Assembly (NCBI GenBank): GCA_965238075.1
Contig: OZ250173.1
Location: forward strand, 608,001-672,000
Direction of reading: 5' to 3'
Source: Candidatus Entotheonellaceae bacterium
GTDB lineage: Bacteria > Tectomicrobia > Entotheonellia > Entotheonellales > Entotheonellaceae
DNA length: 64,000 nt
Shown here: positions 19,174-27,862 of the stretch, in pieces
Layout: the number at the start of each line of letters is the position of its first letter
Position numbering within the stretch: position 1 is the first letter of the stretch
Notes under the pieces: model-generated
What the model saw: the letters and a program-made list of their open reading frames with translations, nothing else
What the model was told of the DNA's origin: nothing
Databases searched by the model: none
Position numbers and translations under genes: made by a program

Positions 19174-20619
19174 TCAATCCCGCGCCAGCCGAAATCTCGA
19201 TCGCCTCCTTCGCCTCTTATGTCTGAGGTACGCGATGCACAGCCGCCCGATAATAAGGACCATGGCAACCACAGCCGCCCATATGAAGAGCTTCTTCTGC
19301 TTGCGGTCCAGCAAATGGAAACCATGGGCCAGCACCTTTGCAAGGCCTGCTCGTTCAACCGAGCCGCCGGTGATGAGCGGTATGGATGCCAGAGGCCTGC
19401 CCTGCAGCCCCACGACGTATTCGCCAACCACCTGTTGGTACTCCACCGGGGCAATCAGGTACTCGGGCAACGTATCGCGGCGCTCGAGCTTATCCTTGAA
19501 TTCTACAGGCACGATGAGCATCGGATTGCGCGCCGCCACCACGCCGATGCTGTCTTCTTTTCCCTTGAATACCGGAATCTCGAACACCGCGCCCGGCTCC
19601 TGGAACACGTCGAGGAAGGCATAGCGACGGTAGCCGTAGTTGAGCAACTTCGCCGACTCCACCGTGCGCACGGTGGGGTTGGTCGCTCCCATGAGGACGG
19701 AAATCAACCGGCGCCCTTCCCGTTCGGCGGTGGCCAGCAAGTGATAGCCGGATGCGGCGGTGAAGCCGGTTTTCAGACCATCGACCGAGTCGTCCCTCCG
19801 CAGCAACCGGTTACGGTTATATTGGCGTATGTCGGAGAAGGTGTACTCCGAGAGCGAGTGATAATGCAGCGCTTGTGGGAAATCTCTCAAGTAATGCATG
19901 GCCAGCAGGGCCATGTCGTAGGCCGTGGTGAGTTGCCCACTGCCCGGCAGCCCGTGCGCATTGACGAAGCGGCTGTTCATCATCCCCAATCTGCTGGCCG
20001 TCTCGTTCATGACCTTGACGAACGCCTCCTCGCTGCCGGAGAAGTGCTCGGCTACCGCCACGCAGGCGTCGTTGCCGGACACGACGGCAATACCTTTGAT
20101 CAATTCCTCCAACGGCACTCTATCGCCCTCCCGCACGAACATCTTCGAGCCGCCGGTTCTCCATGCCTTCTCGCTAATGTAGACCTCATCGTCGAGTCGT
20201 GCCTGACGCTTTCCAATGAGATCGAATACGACGTACAACATGAGCATCTTGGCAAACGAGGCAGGGGGAATTTGCTCGTCCTTGTTCTGCTGCTGGAGGA
20301 TCCTGCCACTGGAATACTCCATCAGCACGGAACTCTTGGCGCGGACCGACGGGCTGCTTCCCGGCTCGAGCATCAGGTAGGGTTCAGGCATTTCAGCCTT
20401 GGGCCTTTCGCCGGAAGCTGTGGCGGAAGGCTCTGCAATTTCAGGCTCGGTCGTTTCCGTGGGAGGCGCGGGGGTCGGTGTCTCGTCCTGGGCGTGTAAG
20501 CAGCCGAAGAAGAAAAACACGAACAAGCCGCTTAGTAACAATAGCCGCGTGACACGGCGATTCGAGGAGTCAATCACGTGCAATTCCTCTGTCGGGTATT
20601 CCTTGCCCTTCGCGTGCAC
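19174..20619 (-). CDS. D-alanyl-D-alanine carboxypeptidase (PBP5/DacA family)
   Basis: PASFAK (SxxK), SGN, KTG motifs, PBP5 C-terminal domain and C-terminal membrane anchor; GTG start at 20619 is inferred. Confidence 0.9.
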   Translation of the reverse strand: MHAKGKEYPTEELHVIDSSNRRVTRLLLLSGLFVFFFFGCLHAQDETPTPAPPTETTEPEIAEPSATASGERPKAEMPEPYLMLEPGSSPSVRAKSSVLMEYSSGRILQQQNKDEQIPPASFAKMLMLYVVFDLIGKRQARLDDEVYISEKAWRTGGSKMFVREGDRVPLEELIKGIAVVSGNDACVAVAEHFSGSEEAFVKVMNETASRLGMMNSRFVNAHGLPGSGQLTTAYDMALLAMHYLRDFPQALHYHSLSEYTFSDIRQYNRNRLLRRDDSVDGLKTGFTAASGYHLLATAEREGRRLISVLMGATNPTVRTVESAKLLNYGYRRYAFLDVFQEPGAVFEIPVFKGKEDSIGVVAARNPMLIVPVEFKDKLERRDTLPEYLIAPVEYQQVVGEYVVGLQGRPLASIPLITGGSVERAGLAKVLAHGFHLLDRKQKKLFIWAAVVAMVLIIGRLCIAYLRHKRRRRRSRFRLARD

Positions 20620-20623
20620 CGTG

Positions 20624-21046
20624 TCACCCCGTTTCCTCGGCAAAGCGAACCTGCTCACCGTACGTCTCGACGAACGACTCAAAGCGGGCGACGTTGTCGG
20701 GTATGAGGCTCTTGCCCTGGCTCCAATCATAGAAGCTGGGGAAATACCAGACCAGCAGCGGGTCACCACAAGGCTCGCCAGTTTTGAAGAACGCCAAGTG
20801 CGGCGTCTGCCCTTCCGAACGACATACCGTGGCCGCTTGCAGGGTATGCCGTTTGAGATGCAGATGGCTGCGCGCTTCGGGCCTCTCGGCGTTGGTGTGA
20901 TACACCGTCAGCCACTCCTCATAGGGGTGCAGATACATGTCCTGCCCGCGCAGTTCCATGGAGCCATGCTCATTTCGCAAGATGAAGGTGCCGCCCATAT
21001 TGATCAGCCGCTCCAGGAAATCGTGAAGCGTCGCGGATTTTGCCAT
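20624..21046 (-). CDS. Hypothetical protein resembling HutX/ChuX/HemS heme-handling domain
   Basis: TFILRNEHGSME...WLTV...SHLHL...HLAFF...LLVWYF recalls the HutX/HemS beta-barrel pattern; located downstream of an Ahb-like radical SAM gene. Confidence 0.45.
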   Translation of the reverse strand: MAKSATLHDFLERLINMGGTFILRNEHGSMELRGQDMYLHPYEEWLTVYHTNAERPEARSHLHLKRHTLQAATVCRSEGQTPHLAFFKTGEPCGDPLLVWYFPSFYDWSQGKSLIPDNVARFESFVETYGEQVRFAEETG

Positions 21047-21163
21047 GCCACACCTCCTCAAGGAGCCACGCTACGACGGCGCCTCAAACAGCTTGGGACC
21101 CGCCAGCACGTGGCTCTGCCAGTGCTGCCAACTCAGGAGATCCTCCCCTGGCAATTTGCATTG

Positions 21164-21580
21164 TCAGAAGGTCGCCGCCTGCTCAAAGAAGGCGACGTCG
21201 ACCCGCACTGCACCCTCCTGCCGGGCCTGCTCAGCGACTTTCTGAACCACCATCTGGCGCACAAACGGAATGGGGATGCGCCCAACACGATGCACCACGT
21301 CTTCGGTACAAGGAACCGAGGTGCCGGGCAAATATGGGCCGTCCGCCGCCGCCGGCTCGTCGTCATGCTCGCAGGCGTGCGGCACCAATTCCTGCAGCCG
21401 CAGGGAAACGTAATCCGTCACCCAATGCTGGATGCCCTCGGTGACCTTACCGGTATCGACGCGCTGTTGCTCAAGCTGCTGCGAAAAACCGACCAACAAT
21501 TCCTGCACGCGCGTCAACTGCTCCTGCATGGCGTCCAGACGGCTTTCAAGCCCCGTGGCCTCCGTGCTCGGCATGTTCAC
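21164..21580 (-). CDS. Coiled-coil protein with C-terminal PCP_red (protochlorophyllide reductase C-terminal-like) domain
   Basis: RIPIPFVRQMVVQKVAEQARQEGAVRVD fits the PCP_red pattern; AAGGAG RBS. Confidence 0.6.
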   Translation of the reverse strand: MNMPSTEATGLESRLDAMQEQLTRVQELLVGFSQQLEQQRVDTGKVTEGIQHWVTDYVSLRLQELVPHACEHDDEPAAADGPYLPGTSVPCTEDVVHRVGRIPIPFVRQMVVQKVAEQARQEGAVRVDVAFFEQAATF

Positions 21581-21637
21581 TGTCTCCTTATACGGGGAAC
21601 TCTGTCTATCGCATGAAACAATAACGGGTAGCGATGC

Positions 21638-22975
21638 TCACGACCGTTTGGGACGGAATCGCGCACCCCACGTTTGGCGAATCTGGGTCAACAACTCAGA
21701 AGTTATCTCCCGGTAACCCTGCGAGCGAGCATAGGCTTCTACACCCTTCACCACCATACCGCGGGCGAATGACGGAATCGCCTTCAGCCGCTCGCGGGCC
21801 GCCGGCTGCCAAACCAGTTCCTGCTTCACCTCCAGGCCGAACGTTTGCGATGCCGGAAGCTCGATCACCTCACCACCGTGCTGACCCGGCTGGTAGGCAC
21901 AAGCGGGGTCTTCGGCCAGATAATCGCCATAGGTGGCGTAGGCTCGGCAGCGGCAGCCGCCACAGATTTTGCTGAACTCGCACGGACCGCAGCGCCCGCC
22001 TAGTTCCGGCTCCCGCAGATTCTGGAAAACGTCGGACCCACCCCACAGATCGGCGAACGACGTCTGACGCAGGTTGCCCGCCACGACCGGCATATAGGGG
22101 CACGGCGTCACATCGCCGCTCGGCGTAATACGGCAGTAGTATTTGCCGGCCGGGCAGGAGCCGTGGGCGTAATTCTTGAGCAGCGGCGAACTGGGATCGA
22201 GCTCCCAGACAATGCGACGAAAATGGGGGGCGCACTTGGCGCGGATGAGGAGCTTGCCCGCCGCGCCGACCGGCATGCTCCACGGGTCTTCCTGCTTGCT
22301 GAAAACCGATGTCGCCTCAGTGTCGCCGTCTTCGCCAACCCCTTGGGCACGCGCCAAGGCCGTCAGGATCCCCTCGTACTGCTCAGCGCTGATATCCGTC
22401 AGGTTCTCGCCCCGCCCGGTTCGCACCAGAAAGAAGAAATTGAGCACGTTGGCGCCCAGGTCGTTCGCCAGATCGACCATCGCCGGAATCTCGTCGACGT
22501 TCCAGTCGGTCACCGACATGTGCAACGAGAAGTCCAGGCCCTCGTCCTTCAAGACCCGTGTCGCCCGCACGGCACCCTCCCAGGACCCGGCCTGATGGCG
22601 AAAGGCGTCATGTTTGTCGGCGCGCGTGGAATCCAGACTGATTGAGGCGCCGAGGACGCCGCTCTGCCGCATCAGCTTGGCCTGCTTCTCGCGCAACAGC
22701 ACCCCGTTCGTACCCAGAACGACCGTGAAATCCCGTTCCGCCCCGTAAGCCGCCAAGTCAAATATATCCTTGCGCAACAGCGGCTCGCCGCCGGTAAGGA
22801 TGAGAAAGATGCTGGGATTGACGCGGGCGATATCGTCCATCACGCGGTAGCACTCAGCCGTCGTCAATTCGTTTGCAGCGTCGGCGCCCGCGGAAGCGCT
22901 GATGTAGCAGTGCGCGCAAAAGAGGTTGCACCGCTGCGTGAGATTCCAGGAAACCGAATAGGCTTTATAGACCAT
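21638..22975 (-). CDS. Radical SAM/SPASM protein, AhbD/NirJ-like, with C-terminal PCP_red domain
   Basis: SWNLTQRCNLFCAHCY, TGGEP, KCAPHF, SPASM CPAG..PCPY..CGPC..CGGCRCRA..EDPAC; tail WQPAARERLKAIPSFARGMVVKGVEAYA. Confidence 0.85.
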   Translation of the reverse strand: MVYKAYSVSWNLTQRCNLFCAHCYISASAGADAANELTTAECYRVMDDIARVNPSIFLILTGGEPLLRKDIFDLAAYGAERDFTVVLGTNGVLLREKQAKLMRQSGVLGASISLDSTRADKHDAFRHQAGSWEGAVRATRVLKDEGLDFSLHMSVTDWNVDEIPAMVDLANDLGANVLNFFFLVRTGRGENLTDISAEQYEGILTALARAQGVGEDGDTEATSVFSKQEDPWSMPVGAAGKLLIRAKCAPHFRRIVWELDPSSPLLKNYAHGSCPAGKYYCRITPSGDVTPCPYMPVVAGNLRQTSFADLWGGSDVFQNLREPELGGRCGPCEFSKICGGCRCRAYATYGDYLAEDPACAYQPGQHGGEVIELPASQTFGLEVKQELVWQPAARERLKAIPSFARGMVVKGVEAYARSQGYREITSELLTQIRQTWGARFRPKRS

Positions 22976-22993
22976 AGGGCTATTCCGTGTTGC

Positions 22994-25087
22994 TTAACGC
23001 TCCTCGCCGAAATGTTTCAGGTCTTCGGAGCCTTCCTGGGTCACCACCATGCCCTCGCCCTGGACCATTTGGCGGACCGACTCCACCACTTCGGGGTTCG
23101 CCAGTGTGGTCACGTCACCAATATCCATGGTATTCGAGATTGCCGCCAACACGCGGCGCATGATCTTTCCGGAGCGCGTCTTGGGCATGTCCGGCACGAT
23201 GTACACGTGCTTCGGACGGGCGATCTTGCCGATGATCGTCTCGATGGCCTCGATTACCTTGGCTTCGATGACCGGACCGGCGTCAAAACCGGGTTTCAGA
23301 GAGACATACATGTCCGGCACCCGCCCGCGAATGTCGTCCGCAACCGGCACGACCGCCGCCTCGGCGATCTCCTCGACAGTGAGGCCGGCGGATTCAAGCT
23401 CCTTGGTGCCCAGGCGGTGGCCGGCAACGTTGATCACGTCGTCGACGCGGCCCAGGATGCGATAATAGCCGTCCGCCGCCTGCATGGCGCCGTCACCGGT
23501 GAAGTACGGCCAATCGCGCCACTCCTTGCTCTCGGGGTTCCTGCAGTACTTGCCATAGTACGTTGACACATAACGTTCCCGGTCGCCCCAGATGGTTTGA
23601 AAGCCACCGGGCCAGGGATTGCGGATGCAGATGTTCCCGGCCTTGCCCGACCCCGCCGGCACCTCATCGCCGTTTTCGTCGTAGATGACAGGATGAATGC
23701 CCGGCACGCTAGGCCCGGCGCTGCCCGCTTTCATGGCCTGCAGAGCCGGCAGGGTGCTGCACAAGAAACCGCCAGTTTCGGTCTGCCACCAAGTGTCGCA
23801 GATCACGGCCTCACCTTTGCCAACCACGTCGTAGTACCACTGCCACACCTCGGGTTCGATGGGCTCACCAACGGTGGTCATGTGCTTGAAGTGATAATTG
23901 TATTTCTGCGGTTCGTCGGGCCCGGCTTTGCGCAGCATGCGAATGGTGGTGGGGGCGGTGTGGAAAATGTTGACCGCCAATTGTTCGGCGATACGCCAAG
24001 CGCGCCCGGCGTCGGGATAGGTCGGAACGCCCTCGTACATGACGGTGGTGGCCGCCAGAGACAACGGGCCGTAGACAATGTAGGAATGCCCGGTGATCCA
24101 GCCGATGTCCGCCATGCACCAGTACACGTCCTCGGGGTGAATGTCCTGCACGTACTTGGAGGTGCCTGCTACGTATGAAAGGTAGCCGCCGGTACTGTGC
24201 TGGCAGCCTTTGGGACGCCCGGTCGTGCCACTGGTGTACATCAGGAACAGCGGGTCCTCGGCCGCCAGCGCCACGGGCTCGATTCTGCTGCCGGCGTAGG
24301 TCTTCAACTCGTTGTCCACGAAATAGTCACGCCCGTCCTGCATCGGCGTCGCCGAATGGTACTGGCCAGGATAACGCCGCCATACCAGGACTTTATCAAC
24401 GACTTGGCCTTCCTCAGCCGCCTTTTTCACGGCCTCATCCGCCTTTTCTTTGTGATCCAGAAGTGTGCCGCTGCGATAATAACTGTCCATCGTGATCAGC
24501 ACCCGGCTGCCGGAATCGGCGATGCGGTCCCCGCATGACTTGCCGCTGAAGCCGCCGAACACCACCGAATGAATGACGCCCAACCTGGCGCAAGCCAGCA
24601 TGGCCACCGGCAGTTCCGGCACCATCGGCATGTGAATGGTCACCCGGTCGCCTGCCTTGACACCAGCAAAATCCCGTAGCACGGCGGCGAATTCGTTCAC
24701 CCGCACGTACAGTTCCTGATAGGTAATGGCAACGTGAGCTTCATCTTCCGGTTCCGGCACATAAAGAATGGCCGCTTTGTTTCTATACTTTGTTAAATGA
24801 CGGTCGACACAATTGTAGGAAACATTAAGCTTGCCACCAACAAACCATTTCCAGCACGGGGCATCACTGGTATCCAGCAGGGTATGCCAATACGCATACC
24901 AATCGAGGAGATCGGCGTACTCTTTGAAACACTCAGGGAATCGGTCAAGCCCAAAGCGATCGTGAACGTATGGATCGGTCATACTCGCCTGCGCGATGAA
25001 TTGCGCCGATGGCTGAATATAAGCCTCCTCCTTCCAATGCACGGCGATCTGCGCTTCACTCGTCGCCACAACCTCTGGTTCGCTCAT
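22994..25087 (-). CDS. acs: Acetate--CoA ligase
   Basis: YTSGTTGRPKG, ADIGWITGHSY, DTWWQTETG, PKTRSGKIMRR. Confidence 0.96.
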   Translation of the reverse strand: MSEPEVVATSEAQIAVHWKEEAYIQPSAQFIAQASMTDPYVHDRFGLDRFPECFKEYADLLDWYAYWHTLLDTSDAPCWKWFVGGKLNVSYNCVDRHLTKYRNKAAILYVPEPEDEAHVAITYQELYVRVNEFAAVLRDFAGVKAGDRVTIHMPMVPELPVAMLACARLGVIHSVVFGGFSGKSCGDRIADSGSRVLITMDSYYRSGTLLDHKEKADEAVKKAAEEGQVVDKVLVWRRYPGQYHSATPMQDGRDYFVDNELKTYAGSRIEPVALAAEDPLFLMYTSGTTGRPKGCQHSTGGYLSYVAGTSKYVQDIHPEDVYWCMADIGWITGHSYIVYGPLSLAATTVMYEGVPTYPDAGRAWRIAEQLAVNIFHTAPTTIRMLRKAGPDEPQKYNYHFKHMTTVGEPIEPEVWQWYYDVVGKGEAVICDTWWQTETGGFLCSTLPALQAMKAGSAGPSVPGIHPVIYDENGDEVPAGSGKAGNICIRNPWPGGFQTIWGDRERYVSTYYGKYCRNPESKEWRDWPYFTGDGAMQAADGYYRILGRVDDVINVAGHRLGTKELESAGLTVEEIAEAAVVPVADDIRGRVPDMYVSLKPGFDAGPVIEAKVIEAIETIIGKIARPKHVYIVPDMPKTRSGKIMRRVLAAISNTMDIGDVTTLANPEVVESVRQMVQGEGMVVTQEGSEDLKHFGEER

Positions 25088-25284
25088 CTCTCACCCCTCT
25101 GACCTAACAGACCAAGCTGATTCTAAAAGTCTGAATCAAGCCTCCGTGCCCTTTCCAGCCTCACAATAGCGAGGCATGGTAATGGATTGCCAAGAGGCCG
25201 TCAACCGCCGGATTGTGCGCCGAAAACGACGCGCCACCACTCCCTGCAAGCTGTCCACAGGGCTTTTTGAACCGCGGTAAATGC

Positions 25285-25313
25285 TTGACTTTCAGAAGCT
25301 TGCTTGCTAAGTT
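25285..25313 (+). promoter_or_regulatory. Putative sigma70 promoter of relA/spoT
   Basis: TTGACT, 17-nt spacer, TG-extended TAAGTT. Confidence 0.5.
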
Positions 25314-25369
25314 CGCCGTCTGTCGATCTGTGAACCAAGACACACCTTTATTGAACCATAGACGACGAT

Positions 25370-27541
25370 ATGATACTGACCATTGATTCAGTTATCGCCG
25401 CTGTTGAGCAATATCACCCACAAGCGGACACGGATCTGGTTCGCCGCGCCTATTTTTTTGCCGCAGAAGCCCACAAGCATCAAAAACGCAAATCCGGCAT
25501 CCCCTACATCTCACATCCCTTGGAAGTCGCGTCCATTCTGACCGAGTTGCAAATGGACGCCATGACCATCGCCAGCGCGTTGTTGCACGACACCATCGAA
25601 GATACCGACGCTGGCGAAGAACAGATTGCGTCGACTTTCAGTCCCCAGGTCGCCGCGCTTGTCTCCGGCGTCACCAAGCTGGGCAAGCTCGAGTTCTTCA
25701 GCCAAGAGGAGCGGCAGGCGGAAAGCTTCCGCAAAATGCTGGTTGCCATGGCCAAGGATATCCGGGTGATCCTGGTCAAGCTCGCTGATCGGCTGCACAA
25801 CCTTCGCACCCTGGAACACATGGCGGGCCACAAGCAACGCCTCGTCGCCCGCGAAACGCTGGAGATCTACGCGCCTCTGGCCCATCGTCTCGGTATTACC
25901 TGGATGAAGGCCGAGATGGAAGACCTGTCCTTTCTCTACCTGCACCCGCGGGCCTACCGGGAAATCGAGACACAGTTCGCAGGCGAGCAGGACGCGAGCG
26001 AGCGTTACTTGACACAGGTTCAGGAAACGGTAGCCAAAGAACTCGTGCAGATGAGCATCAGCTGCAGGCTTTCCGGACGGCCCAAGCACTACTACAGCAT
26101 CTACCAGAAGATGCAGCGCCAGCAACTGCCGTTCGAGGAAGTCCACGACCTGCTGGCCGTTCGGGTCATCACCGACACCGTGCGCAACTGCTACGCCATC
26201 CTGGGCATCATCCACGCCCTCTGGAAGCCCATCCCCGGACGCTTCAAGGATTACATCGCACTCCCTAAGTCCAACATGTACCAATCCTTGCACACCACCG
26301 TGCTGGGTCCCGAGCGCCAGCGCGTTGAGTTGCAGATTCGCACCGAGGGGATGCACCGCACGGCGGAGGAAGGTATCGCGGCGCATTGGCATTACAAGGA
26401 ACGCGGCTCAACCGAAGAGAACGAGGAGTATTTCGCCTGGCTGCGGCGACTGATGGAATGGCAGCAGGATCTCAAAGACCCCATCGAGTTCATGGAAACG
26501 GTCAAGATCGACATGTTCCCGGAGGAAGTCTACGTCTTTACCCCACGCGGCGAGGTGAGGACATTCCCGCGCGGCGCCACGGCGGTGGATTTCGCCTATT
26601 CCGTGCATACCGACGTGGGTCACCAGTGCACGGGCGCCCAGGTAAACGGCCGCATGGCGCCACTGCGTTATCAATTGCGCAACGGGGATACTGTCGAAGT
26701 CCTTACCTCCACCTCCCACGTGCCGAACCGCGACTGGCTGCGCTGGGTTGTCACGTCGCGCGCTCGGACGCGCATCAAGGCGTGGCTCAAGTCGGAAGAC
26801 AAAGAAAGAAGCATCGCCTTGGGCATGCGCAGCCTGGAACACGAAATCCGCAAGTACACGCCGAATTCGCAGCCCTATGTGAAGACGGACGTCCTACTCG
26901 CCGCTGCCCCGACGTTCGGCTGCCACAGAGCGAATGATCTGCTGGAAGCCGTAGGTTACGGGCGCGTGTCAGCCCTGCAAGTCGCGCATCGTTTGCTGCC
27001 GTCAAACTTAATCAAGGAGCAAAGGAATCAGGGCAAGGAGGTGGCACCGTCCGGTCGACAGCAGCCACGCAGTGAGGGGGTGAGGGTGCACGGGCTTACC
27101 GACGTCCTCATCAATTTCGCTCGCTGCTGCAGCCCCCTGCCCGGCGACCGCATCGTCGGGTACGTCACGCGTGGGCGCGGCGTCAGCATTCACACCACGG
27201 ACTGTGAAAGCACGCGAAAGCTGGAATACGACGCAGAAAGGCGCGCCTCGGTGTCGTGGGACGATGCCGGCGAGACCCTGCACTCTGCAGCAATCGCGCT
27301 TGTGACGCACGACGAACAAGGCGTTCTGGCAAGCGTGAGCGCCGCTGTTTCAGCGTGCAAGGTGAATATCAGCCGGTTCAACACAACGACCACCATTGAC
27401 AAGAAAGCCTACATGGATATGACGGTCGATGTCCGTGACGTGAACCATCTGAACGAGGTCATTCGCCGGATTGAAGGCGTACGGGGCGTGCTTTCGGTAG
27501 AACGCGCCAGGAATGTCAGGCGAGGCAATTGGCATACGTGA
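25370..27541 (+). CDS. rel: Bifunctional (p)ppGpp synthetase/hydrolase (RelA/SpoT homolog)
   Basis: LLHDTIED (HD), RFKDY, YQSLHT, ELQIRT, TGS domain, zinc-finger-like region and ACT domain. Confidence 0.96.
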   Translation: MILTIDSVIAAVEQYHPQADTDLVRRAYFFAAEAHKHQKRKSGIPYISHPLEVASILTELQMDAMTIASALLHDTIEDTDAGEEQIASTFSPQVAALVSGVTKLGKLEFFSQEERQAESFRKMLVAMAKDIRVILVKLADRLHNLRTLEHMAGHKQRLVARETLEIYAPLAHRLGITWMKAEMEDLSFLYLHPRAYREIETQFAGEQDASERYLTQVQETVAKELVQMSISCRLSGRPKHYYSIYQKMQRQQLPFEEVHDLLAVRVITDTVRNCYAILGIIHALWKPIPGRFKDYIALPKSNMYQSLHTTVLGPERQRVELQIRTEGMHRTAEEGIAAHWHYKERGSTEENEEYFAWLRRLMEWQQDLKDPIEFMETVKIDMFPEEVYVFTPRGEVRTFPRGATAVDFAYSVHTDVGHQCTGAQVNGRMAPLRYQLRNGDTVEVLTSTSHVPNRDWLRWVVTSRARTRIKAWLKSEDKERSIALGMRSLEHEIRKYTPNSQPYVKTDVLLAAAPTFGCHRANDLLEAVGYGRVSALQVAHRLLPSNLIKEQRNQGKEVAPSGRQQPRSEGVRVHGLTDVLINFARCCSPLPGDRIVGYVTRGRGVSIHTTDCESTRKLEYDAERRASVSWDDAGETLHSAAIALVTHDEQGVLASVSAAVSACKVNISRFNTTTTIDKKAYMDMTVDVRDVNHLNEVIRRIEGVRGVLSVERARNVRRGNWHT

Positions 27542-27544
27542 GGA

Positions 27545-27739
27545 TTAAGCGGGCTTGCGCACCTTGCCGGAACGCAGGCAGCGCGTACAGACCTTCATGC
27601 GTTTGACGTGGCCGCTGGCCGTCTGCACCCGCATCGGCTGCAGGTTGGGATTCCAGCGTCTTTTGGTGAGATTGTGAGCATGGCTGATATTATGGCCAAA
27701 TCGTGGTCCTTTGCCGCACATGTCACAGCTTCTGGCCAT
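27545..27739 (-). CDS. rpmB: 50S ribosomal protein L28 (Zn-binding type)
   Basis: [34 protein letters not shown]...[10 protein letters not shown]. Confidence 0.97.
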   Translation of the reverse strand: MARSCDMCGKGPRFGHNISHAHNLTKRRWNPNLQPMRVQTASGHVKRMKVCTRCLRSGKVRKPA

Positions 27740-27862
27740 GGCTGCTTCCTTTCATACCCGGAACCGTCCGTTGTCTTTGCTAATCCCGAAAAGCGAGCGC
27801 CAAAGCTAGCACATTCTCCCTGGGGCCGCAACAACGCACCGTGACTGCCACGTGAGCCTGCA

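Noticed and set aside
17692-20499. 935-aa + strand ORF
   Set aside because: Antisense shadow of DUF1800 and the DD-carboxypeptidase; no recognisable motifs; expected from high-GC codon bias.
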